A stretch of 64,000 bases of DNA from NCBI RefSeq assembly GCF_009914755.1, contig NC_060939.1. One strand, given 5' to 3'. The position numbers and the translations under genes were made by a program. The notes under the pieces were generated by a model. The model made no database searches and was not told where the DNA came from. It saw nothing but the letters and a program-made list of their open reading frames with translations. The DNA is from the human T2T-CHM13v2.0 reference genome, Homo sapiens. Below, piece by piece: positions 13,691 to 25,146 of the stretch (the stretch's first letter is position 1; every line of letters begins with the position of its first letter).

Positions 13691-14355
13691 AAAATTCGAG
13701 GGACACAACATCATTAGATTGAGAGTGGCTTTTTGGGAGTGTCATGCCCAGAAGGGAGCCAAGGAGAGGTGAGAACCAGAGCGACTTGCCAGTGGTAATT
13801 AGTGGCTGTTTGTGCGGAGGAAGAGTCTGCTAATGAGCTGCAAGGTTGATAATGAGTTTTCTTTTTCAGTCATATACAACATTTGGAAAGTGGAAATAGT
13901 TCCACTTCCAAGTGTTATGAATTTTAATGCGATAGAGCTATAGCTAGAATGCTACAGCAGTTTTACCTATTGATTTAGCAAAGCTGGTGAAATGGCTATG
14001 CAAACTACTGGTGAAATAGGAATCACTAAAGCACGAATCACCCTGTGGTTGAGCACTTCAGTGCCAGGGTCCTTCTGGTTGGGAAGACGCCACACTGTCA
14101 AGTCATGGAAAGCCAATGGTATACTTTGATCCAGTCATTCCCACATAGTATCCATCTCAAGGAAATAATTAGGACTATGGAATAAGCTTTATGCACAAAG
14201 GTGTCTATTATATTACTTATGATACCAAACACTGGAATAAATATTAAAATTTGGTAAATTTTTCAAATGAAAATGTATCTTTAATTTTTTTTCAGATGTT
14301 GGACCTAAGTAAAACGACAAAATATGAAAGTGTAGAACAAACTAGGTTTCCATGA

Positions 14356-14685
<330 letters not shown>

Positions 14686-14804
14686 CCCATGATGCCCTTT
14701 TAACCTGAGACAAACATCTAGAAATGTTTGCAGGAGTTCACTTACCATTTTCTTAAAAGTGACTCCATATAGGTTATTGTACTTAAATATATATATTTTT
14801 AAAT

Positions 14805-15010
14805 TCCCTTTTATTTTTAATCGACCCATAATAATTGCACATCTAGATGAAATACAGACTGATACGTGTATTCGGTGTATAATGATCAAATCAGGGTGAT
14901 CAGCATATCCGTCACCTCAAACATGTACCATTTCTTTGTGTTGTAAACATTCAAAACCCTCTCTTCTACCTTTTTGAAAATACACAATAAATTACAGTTA
15001 ACTGTATTGA
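14805..15010 (-). mobile_element. L1MA-type 3' end fragment
   Basis: tgtataatgatcaaatcagggt...catatccgtcacctcaaacat resembles the reverse-complemented L1MA 3' UTR. Confidence 0.7.
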
Positions 15011-17455
15011 ATAAGATTTTTTAATGGGAAATCCCTGCCATGTTTCTGAATTCCTTTAAATTAGTATTCAGAGTTACACACAATTGAGTGAGCTGGCATT
15101 CTTTACATAAGAGATTCAAAAAAAGCTGAGGGAATGTATGCTGTTTGCTCCCCAAATGTCTGGCAGTGAGCCCGAGGCATTTTTCTGGAACTTATCCATG
15201 ATGTTGGCTCTGAAGAACTTCCTACCACGAGTGGGTCATGCATTCACTGAATTTTACAAGTGAAATTCAGTAGCTTCTCAGAATCAGCCCAAAGAGAGCA
15301 GCAAACATCTCCTGTTGCGTCCTCAAGAGGCTGCCTATAAAGTACTGAACAATTTCTTTGAGGACCATTTTTCAGCAAATGGAGTGAGCCAGTTTACAGA
15401 ACCATGCCCAGAATTAGGCTTCCAGCATTAGGCAGGGCAGTCAGGTCACTCCAAGGAAGCTCAGAGCAGTTCCTCCCTGCCACACCTTCCTTTGCAGGGC
15501 TGGAGAGGTTAGGGGAGCTGAACCCAGGGACTGGCCCGAGGTCATCTAGGGTCCAGATGGATGACCGTCCCTTAATTGTTTTCTCGGGTGAGGGGAGATA
15601 GAGCCTTTGGTTGTCATTACATAGCAGCAGGTCCATAGTCCCCTCCAGATAAGTGCCTGAAGTACAGGGTGGCCACCTGTTTCAGAGACCCCACCAGATC
15701 TGACATACATACACCATTACGTAAGTTATAAAGAGCATATAGAGATAATAACCAAGTGAATTGGGAGGCAATGGCTCCCTTTCATCTGCCATCTTCCCAC
15801 ACCTTCTAAAAGTGCCAACTTATGTGAGAACACACAGTGAGGGTCACCTTAGGGAATGTCCCCCTGGTCTTTGGGCCCCTGGCAGGAGAGCAAGTCCCCC
15901 CGGTAGGCTCTTGTGTGACTGCAACAGGCAAGGAGGGAGTCCCTAGAAGGCTGGCTCTGCCTGCACCACGTGGTTCTGCCTGGCTCAGAGAACCCGGCCG
16001 CTGCTCCACCCAAGGTCACTTGCCCGTGCCTGTTTAATAGAAAGATCTGGGCAAACATTGTAGAATGTTGACATTTTTACATTGTAGTAGATACGCTGCA
16101 CCAAGTAAAATACCACTAGACAGTCGTGCACTGAATACCGCTCTGCATCATCTCTTTTGCACACTATGTATTCCTCTGTGCTGTTTTTACTTTAAGGAAG
16201 ACATATTTTGATGATTGCTTACACTCCACTCCATTTGGATTTTCCCCATGAGTGGAAACCCCTGCTTAATTCATGAATTGGGGAAATACGATGTAGTGAA
16301 AAGATCGTGGACTTCGGAGTTAGGCTGACTTAAATTCAGGTCCTGACTGTCATTTAGTAGTCATGAGTCCTTGGAAATTATATTTTAATCTCCTAGAGCC
16401 ACTGTCTTTTTTTTTTTCTGGTTGGTTGGTTTTGGTTTTTCTCTTTTCTAATGCAGTATAGCTAGCTGCAGTCTGTTTCGTTCTTATTTGAAAACGGCTA
16501 GTAAATACACATATTCCTTGAACGGCCACTTGGGGGCAGCATTGTCACATTTTTGCTTCATGATTGGTAGTCAATATCAAATAGCATTAATAGGTAACTT
16601 GGATACATACATATCTGGAAGTTTTGAACTAGACACTGAGATGTGTTTGTATATATGTACAAGCATGCATAGCTATACATTGTCAAGTTCAGAGTGTCAA
16701 GTTCAAAGCTTCTTTCATGAAACCAGATGTATTGGCTGACTTGCAATTTTTAAGGTAACACATTTTATATTGGCAAGAATCAAAATATGATTTAAAAATT
16801 TATAAAACATAGAAAATTACAAAGTGCGGAATATGGTTATGATAACACCAAGACCAAAGAGAATCAATGTTAATATTTTAGTGTGTATCATGTTTATGTG
16901 TCCCTGCGTATAGACATTCATGAATACATATGTGTATGTCTGTGTGTATGCACACATAGTCTCCTATAGTTTTTGAGTGGCCTCATTCACTGAAAACTTT
17001 TGTGAATAGCTTTACAATTTTAAAATATACAGCATTGAAAACATTTCCCATGTCATTAAACATTGTTTTGAAACTTTGTGATATAGCACATCCCATCATG
17101 TGGTTATCCTGTGTTTATATGATTTCTGTAAAAAAATTCACGATACATCTATTTTTTTTCTCTGTGATAACATTCTGGTCCAAGCACCTACGTATATCCT
17201 TTGAACAAATCCCAGGAATTGGACAAAACATAAATTTTTGATATTAATACAGATTTTCAAACTGTTCTCTAGAAAAATAGTACCAGTTTCACTTCCATCA
17301 ACAGTGAGAGTAGAGACCACCTATTACTTCCTCTCTGGCACCTTATATACAAAAATGAACATGAAATTTCTGCCCATTTTGCTACATGAGATCCAATTAG
17401 CCAGTCCATTGAAAACCATGCATAACAGTTACTCATCTCAAGATTTGTAGTCACT

Positions 17456-17486
<31 letters not shown>

Positions 17487-18534
17487 GCTTTGGGACGTGC
17501 CTCACAGAGCTCCCTTGTCCTGATTTAACTTGAATTGAGCCTTGTTCCCAAGGTTGGAGACATGGAGCCTGCCTGGGACACCACTGCCCTTTCCTCTGTC
17601 TGGTCCCGCCGATCTCCCTGTAGGCACGCAGCCACACCATCCTTCATGTCCTCAGTCACTGAAGACAGAGACTTTGCACCAGCCTGCTGTGGCCCCACTG
17701 CCTTTGACTTCCCAGCTGAAGTTCTGTGTTCCCCGCAGAGCGTCTTTTGGACATATATGTCTCAATCATGTATAACACATGCATGATACACGTGTCCTGT
17801 GTAATTCCATATACTCCCTGTCATCCCGGCACTGGGCACTCAGGAGGAACTTATGTGTGTGCTTGTGAATGAATGAACCATAATGGAATGTATGAGATCT
17901 CCTTTTCCTAAATGAGGCCATCTCACCACCCAGACCCTAGTATGAGGGACTTGGAAAGAGATCCAGAGAATGTCTGGTTCACAGACATGTTCTGTGCTTA
18001 GGTTTCTGCCAATTTAATAAAGAGTCAGATTTAGTTTTGCTAAAATTGTACTTGCAGCATACAAATAAGGACATTTCAACACACATTTCTTGCATATTTG
18101 GTTTGAAAACGTGACCAGACATATTCTGGGCCTGTTGAGAAGGCCATCAGTCTGCAGCCACTGCAGGCAGTTCCGTCTGGCCAGGCCATGCTTTGGACTC
18201 TCGGGCACACATCTCACACAGGACCACATCACCCTTTGCAAATGGACCATCTCCAGCACATGTTTGCTTTCTTAGGTCCTGACCCCACAAAGGCTGCAGA
18301 CATCCTCGTCCTAGTGAAACAGAAACCAGAGCTTCAGAAATATAAACGCATTTAAACTACATAACATACATTTGGTAGTATCTTTATCGTCCTTCACAAC
18401 AGATGTGATAAATGAAACAGGTAAAAATGATCACATGGCAATTAGCCCATCGATAATGTCCAAGTGCCAAACCTCCTGGCCTCTCCCTATTTGCATATAT
18501 AGAATATATAGCAAGCATGCAACAGGAAGCTAGC

Positions 18535-19530
18535 TATGCGCGCTATTCAGCCATGGGGACTGAAAATAATGTCCACGAGGTGGCGCCGTGGCCTCGTGCA
18601 TCGAGGGGAAGACTGACAGGAGGGCATTCTAGAGCTTGGTTAAAGCCCCGGATTCACCGAAGCACGTTTAGGGAAGACAAAGTGCTTCATGTCTGCAGAG
18701 TGTTCCTGAGCCTCTTGGCAGGTCTGCGCGGCCTTGAGGTTGCTCAGAGCCAGGGAGGCTGCGCTCAGCCTCAGGTCCTCCCTAGTGCGCAGCCAGCCTG
18801 CACCCACCACCGCGCTTCCGGACACCAGAGTCCCGAGTCAGGGCCACAGTGCTGCTGCAGGCATCCCTCCCCTCCCGGCCAGCGGGGAAAAGTGAGCCAA
18901 GTGACCCGCTCTGCTCATTTCAGCTCGGACGGTGGTCCCTTCAGCAGGCCGAAACTGATGGTCTCATCTCCTGCACGCTCTCTGGCCTTGAGCGCAAATG
19001 CCCCAGAAACGTTGGCCAAGCGCACCGGGTGGTGGAAAATTCGGAGCAGCCACCGCCTGGCAGGAGTGAGGCAGATGCGATTAGGATTTCCATGTTTACC
19101 CTGAGAATAGTTAGGCGTATGCCCCATGCTGCTGGAGAAGGAAGACTTGGCAGAGGCCTCCGTGCCCAAAGTGTTTCCCGGTTGGCCCGGAATCCGGAGT
19201 TTTTGTGGTCTTCACTCCTATGATTTGCACTGTCTGAAACGGTGACTAGACATTTATCACACTTTAAAATTAAGGTCGAAAAACATTAATAATCCAGGTC
19301 CCCCGTGTGCCAGCCACATTCCCAGCAGTGGGTAGCCGGCTGTGAACGGTGGCTTCCGCGCTGGCGGGCAGTGTGGACAGCGGCGTCACCCAGCCCCGGG
19401 GAAATGCAGCCCCGTGGCAGCCCCAGGCTCCCTTCTCCGGGCCCTGCCCAGCCCGCGCCCCGGGGGCCCAGCAGTGGCGGGGCTGCCTTCCCCGGCCGCG
19501 CGCACATGACCTGCGAGTCCGCGGACACAG
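18535..19530. promoter_or_regulatory. Intronic CpG-rich island A
   Basis: Dense CpG and GC-rich sequence with no recognisable repeat; densest at 19330-19525. Confidence 0.7.
18570..18588 (+). promoter_or_regulatory. CTCF-like motif TGTCCACGAGGTGGCGCCG
   Basis: One mismatch to the core consensus CCASYAGRKGGCRS. Binding is not shown. Confidence 0.6.
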
Positions 19531-19905
19531 GGAAGCTTTAAAATATTTCAAGGCAAGTTAGAGTATTTATGCTACAATCTTTTAACGGAGGCGATTTTTC
19601 TAGAGCATTTTAGAAGTTTGAATGATCAAATAAACTATGACATCTAGCAGGAAACTAATACCCATTGCTAATCTAAAGTTTTATTATTGAAATTAGTTTT
19701 CTTCTCAGTAGGATCTCAAGTTTTTTGCATTGCTTCAAGCAATATTAATAAGGTCCGAGCAGAGGGGCTGTTACTGTCCGTTAGCATTCACATGGAGAAG
19801 AAGAGGATCGTGGGATGGAATCCGCTGAAGGGCCCCTTGGGGCAGGAGAGGTCTGGGCGGCTTCCGGAGGCTTCTCTGAGCAAGTTGTGCGGGGAGGATG
19901 GAGCA

Positions 19906-21072
19906 GTGTGTGGGTGTGTATGGGTATGTGTGGTGTGTGTGTGTATGAGGTTGTGTGTGCGTGATGTGTGTATGGATGCGTGTGTGTAGTGTGTGTATGG
20001 TGTGTGGTGCGCGTGGGGGGTGTATAGAGTGTGGCGTGTGTGTGTAGTGTGTTGTGTTTATGGTGCGTTTGTATGTATGGAGTGTGGTGTGTCTGTTGTG
20101 TGTGTACGCTGTGTGGCGTGTTTGGGGGTGTATGGTGTGTGGCATGTGTGTGTCTAGTGCGTGTGTATGGCGTGTTTCTATGTGTATGGTGTGTGGCGTG
20201 TGTGGGGTGTGTATGTGGTGTGTGGTGTGTGTGTGTATAGTGTGTTGTGTGTGTATGGTGTGAGCGTATGGTGTGTGGCGTGAGTGTATATGGTGTGTTG
20301 TGTGTGTATGGTGTGTGTGTTTGGCATATGGCGTGTGTGTATATGGTGTGTTGTGTGTATATGGCGTGTTGTGTGTCTATGGAGTGTCGTGTGTGTGTAT
20401 GGTGTGTAGCGTGTGGCGGGACTATATGGAGTATGTGTATGGTGTGTTGTGTGTGTTGTGTGTGTATGGTGTGTGTATGTAGTGTGTGGTGTGTGTATAT
20501 TTGTATGTGTGGCGCGTGTGTGTACGGCGTGTGTGTGCGTGTGTGGCGTGTGTGGTGCATATGGTGTATGTGTATAGTGTGTGGTGTGTGTGCATAGTTG
20601 TGTGTATATGGTGTGGTGTGTGTGTATATGGTGTGTTGTGTGTGTATGGTGTGTTGTGGGTATGGTGTGGTGTGTGTGGGGGCTATATGGGGTGTGTGTG
20701 TATGCTGTGGTGTATGTGTATGGTGTGTTGTGTGTGCATGGTGTGTGTATGTAGTGTGTGGTGTGTGTGTATATGTGTGTGTATGGTGTGTAGCATGTGT
20801 GTATAGTGTGTGTGCATGTGTGGTGTGTGTGGTGCGTGTGTATGATGTGTGTGTATAGTGTGTGGAGTGTGTGTGTATTGTTGTGTGTATATGGTGTGTG
20901 GCGTGTGTGTATGGTATGTGGTGTGTGTGTATGGTGTGTGTGTGTGCATGCGGTGTGTGTAGTATGTGGCGTGTGTTTATAGTTGTGTGTATATGGTGTG
21001 TGGCGTGTGAGCATAAGGTGTGTGTGTGTGTATAGTACGGTGTGTGTGTGTATGGTGTGTGGCGTGTGTGTG
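19906..21072 (+). repeat. ~1.17 kb degenerate (TG)n low-complexity tract with recurring TATGGTGTGTG units
   Basis: Read directly; explains the His/Thr-rich and Val/Cys-rich pseudo-ORFs. Confidence 0.97.
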
Positions 21073-21289
21073 ACTGCCCCTACTCAGGTCCCTATGTGAA
21101 GTTATGAGCAGGGCACGGCCTGGGCCTGGACCTCCCTCCTGCGTGTGGATCTGATGGGAGCAGCGGTGGGGAGGACTGCAGCTGGTCGGGCTGCCTAGGG
21201 CTCCCCTTCCTCTGCCTCGTGTCCTTCCCGCTCGCCCATCCCTTCGACCACTCACAGTTTCACTAAGCCCTGTCTGCGGAGCCCAGGGC

Positions 21290-22460
21290 CTGCTCACCCT
21301 GGAGTGGCGCAGGGGAAACAGGAGGATCTGGGGGCACAGGAGTGGGCGAGGGGCTGAGTCTGGGGGTGCGGGGAGCAGGGCCCGGCGACCAGGCGGTGGG
21401 CACGGAGTCTGGGGTGAGCTCGAGCTGCGAAGGTGGAGAGGCTGGGCCAGGGGACCCGCGTGGGCAGCAGCATGGACCGGGGCGTCAGAGTGCAAGATGT
21501 GAGACCTATGTGCGCGCGGGGCGGCGGCAGCCGGTCAAGGGGCAGCAGGAAATCAGACCTCAAAGGTGGCCGGGGACAGATTCCAAGGACCCTTGCTTGA
21601 AGGCTGGTCACTGTTTCCTTTGGGCCTCCAGGAGTGTTAGGTCGAGGACTGGAGAGGGGAGGCAGTTCTCTCCGCGCGCCCCCTGTGCTCCCCAGACGCC
21701 CTTTGCACTGAAAGCCAAGGGCCGGAGGCTGGAGCGCAGCGGCCCGGGCAGAAGCCCTGCCCAGACGGCGCCGGACCTGGGACCGGACTCTGCGAGCAGC
21801 CCAGCCCTCACTTGGACAAAGGTGGAAACGGAAGCCTTCTGGGAGGGATGCGTATTTCCGCGAATCCACTACACTTCTCTCGGGATGCTTTTCCTTCTTC
21901 AGGCCAGGCTAGCAACGCAAACCTCGACTCCAGAGAGGCCGGTGTGCGTCCCGGGGCCACCCCTTCACAGGCCGCGCCTGCACCCAGCGTCTGTTCTCAC
22001 TGCCGGCCTCGCGGGCAGCCAGTGGGTCCCCGGGTGAGATGGTGCGGGCAGCGCTCCCGGAACGATCCCGGGCCCCTCCTTCCCCCCGGGCTCTTGCCTG
22101 CGCCTCTTCCACACAATTTGCGATTTCCGTAGCGTCAGATGGCTGTTCTTTGTCACCTGCTTGTAAGAGCTGGTCCCATGATGTCAAGCCTCTTCTCCTG
22201 GTCAAATCCAGTTTCCCCTCAGTTTCCTTCATCGGAATTCCTTGGCCTTCGTCATTCTCGGCTGCATGAACCTTTGATTTCCTGTACTCTCTGGTCCTGG
22301 CTCTAGGAATGATGTTATATGTAGCGCCTGGCGGTGTGCTGTGCGCTCACCGGAGGAGGTGTCCCTATTTTGCAGGTGATAGAACTCTGTTCTGGGACCT
22401 TTCTGAAGCCCCGCGGATCCATAGGCACAGTCCGGCCGCAGAATATCTGGTTCCTCCAAT
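21290..22460. promoter_or_regulatory. Intronic CpG-rich island B
   Basis: Dense CpG, GGGGCGG GC-box near 21518, non-repetitive. Confidence 0.75.
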
Positions 22461-22598
22461 GTTTTTGTCTTCCAGTCTCCGTCTTGAGTATCTTTTCTGT
22501 AAATTCATTTGTTTCCGTGGGTCCGACTTCTGTCTACTCTATTTTCTGACATGGTTTAAAACACACCCAAGCCCTGATTTCATTCTCGGTGGCTCCTT

Positions 22599-22617
22599 GG
22601 GCGCCCCCTCTTAGGCA
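22599..22617 (-). promoter_or_regulatory. Weaker CTCF-like motif (minus strand TGCCTAAGAGGGGGCGCCC)
   Basis: Perfect AGGGGGCGC half; three mismatches in the 5' half of the core. Confidence 0.35.
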
Positions 22618-23158
22618 TCCTGCTGGGGTCTGAAACTGAGCCCAGAGCTCTTCTCAAACAGGAGCTGCTGCCTGGTTCTCTGCTTACCAGCTGGTTTTAT
22701 GTATGGATGGCTCCTTTTCGTTCTTTCTCTACCCGGGGGCACAAGCCCTTCGTTTTTAGCCCCTGGCTACTGCTGCAGGTCGCCCACCACGTCCTGACCC
22801 CACCTGCCGCCCCCTTCACCCTTCAGTCCCCCCACCTCATAGATGGCTGCCACTGCCACAGCTGGTTCCTTGTTACCAGATTCTCTCTCCTATTAATATT
22901 ATTCCTTCTGAATATGGATGCCAGGACCAAGGTAAAAGACCACCCGGACTTACCATGTTAAGGATTTGTAGCTTGTGGACTAACTTGCGCATTCGTAATT
23001 CCACTTCTGTGCCTGTGCAGGCTCTGCCACTATTCTGCTTGGGGTGCAATCCGAACTCCGTCACTAACAGTGTGACTTGGGAGAAGTTATCCAACTGCTT
23101 CATGCCTTATGGAATAGAAATAGTACCTGTCTTCTAGTCTTGTTGAAAATATAAATGA

Positions 23159-23514
<356 letters not shown>

Positions 23515-24094
23515 TCACAGCACCCAGCCCAGAGATACTCATTTAGCTCCTGTTGGCCATGCTGGGTACAGAGTCTCCCCGAGAGCTGGACCAGCCTCCC
23601 CCTGCCTCCATGCACAGTGGCCCGGATCCCCTTCCACCCTTCCCTGCACCCTGTGGTCGCACATTCTTCCTCCGGGTTATCAGTGCCCATTGCTCCCACC
23701 CTTCAGTCATTCCCTTGCTGGGCAACCGCTGACCGCTCCTTTGCCCGACATCATACAGAGTCTTCGATGATTTGGAATGTATTTTCTTCCTTTTTAAGGG
23801 CTCTGAAGTGTCTTTGTGTAAGTGTGTTCCTGTTGTCTCCAAAGAAACAAACATTTATCGGTGTCTCTGCAAAGTAGCCAAAAAAAGCTTTACAAAAGAG
23901 GTGTATGAAATAGCACATAATTTCTCTCAGAAATTCAAATGTTTTAACCCTGCTTTAAAATCTCCCTGACCAACAATCATGATTCAACTAATTTGAGTAG
24001 ATTTCCTCATGGTCTGTGTCAGTCTCTCTCCCATCATTTGTCAGGCCAGAAACCCAGTGGGTTTCAATTAATTAAAGGAAAATTAATTGGATAT

Positions 24095-25146
24095 TACTAT
24101 GGGCTGAATTCTGTTGCTTCCAAATTTGTTTTTATTTTTCTAGGGGAAGAACAAATAATGTTTACTAGAAATAAACAGTCACAAGACTTTCTCCATCTTT
24201 TAATTTAACCAGGTCCATGTGTTAAGCAATTACTACTTTGTAATAATTTATTATTTCAATTTATAGTACCCCAAAATAGGAGTTGGTAGGTTTATTTTTA
24301 CAATGAGAAGTGCTAGTGTGATTATACACACTGGCCTAAAGATGTTGAGGGAGTATATGAAGGAAAAAAGAAATTGCGTAGTGATGAGTGTGAATTAAAC
24401 ATCAGAAGGACGCTAATTTACCACCTGGTTAACCCAGTCATCACCAAGTTGGCCCAAGGTGATTGAGCAAGTATCTATATCACTGCTCCATTTCCTCGGG
24501 TGATTTATTTTTCTATATCTTTTCAAAAAGTTTTATTATGTGAATTTAAGCAGTGTAAATTAATATGTAGAGAAAAAAATCTCTACATCTTACAGATGTA
24601 GAGAAAAAAATCTCTACATCTTAGAGATGTAGAGATGTAGATTTTTACATCTCTAGATGTAAACACATTTACAACACATTTATGACAGCACCTATGGAAA
24701 GAGAGGTCCCTTCACTGCCATTATAGAGAATACATGAGCGTGAATTTTAACCAGCCAAAGCAGCTATGTGACATGCCTATGTTGCTTCCAAATTCTTAAG
24801 TCCTAACCTCTCAGTTGTCAGAATGCGACTGCATTTGGCGAAGGGGTTCTAAAGAAGTAATTAAATGAATTTGAGGTCATTAGGAAGGGCCCTCATCCAA
24901 TATAACTGGATCCTTATACAATGAGGAGAAGATTAGAACACGGGCACCCACAGAAGGAAGACCATGCGAGGACACAGGGAGAGGACAGCCATCTGCAAGC
25001 CAAGCACAGAGGCCTCAGAAAGAACCATCCCTGCCAACACCTTGATCTCAGACTTCTACCTCCAGAACTGTGGGAAAATACATGTCTGTAGTTTAAGCCA
25101 CCCAGCCCGTGGTACTTTGTAATGGCAGCCCCAGCAGACTACTACA
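24095..25146 (+). mobile_element. MLT1B-like MaLR solo LTR, interrupted near its 5' end by a 653-bp insert
   Basis: LTR start tactatgggctgaatt at 24095. The body resumes at 24780 (aagtcctaacc...gggccctcatccaatataactgg...caccttgatctcagacttc) and ends gactactaca. Confidence 0.85.

Noticed and set aside
19361-19385. REST/RE1-like GGACAGCGGC
   Set aside because: Only the right half-site matches; no TTCAGCACC left half at a valid spacing.
19771-21014. Long His/Thr-rich (259 and 278 aa) and Val/Cys-rich ORFs
   Set aside because: They are translations of the TG/CA tract, which is naturally poor in stop codons.
20977-22232. 170-230 aa ORFs on both strands in island B (also 18517..19104 and 10231..10857)
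   Set aside because: Expected in GC-rich DNA or antisense to real exons; no recognisable domain.
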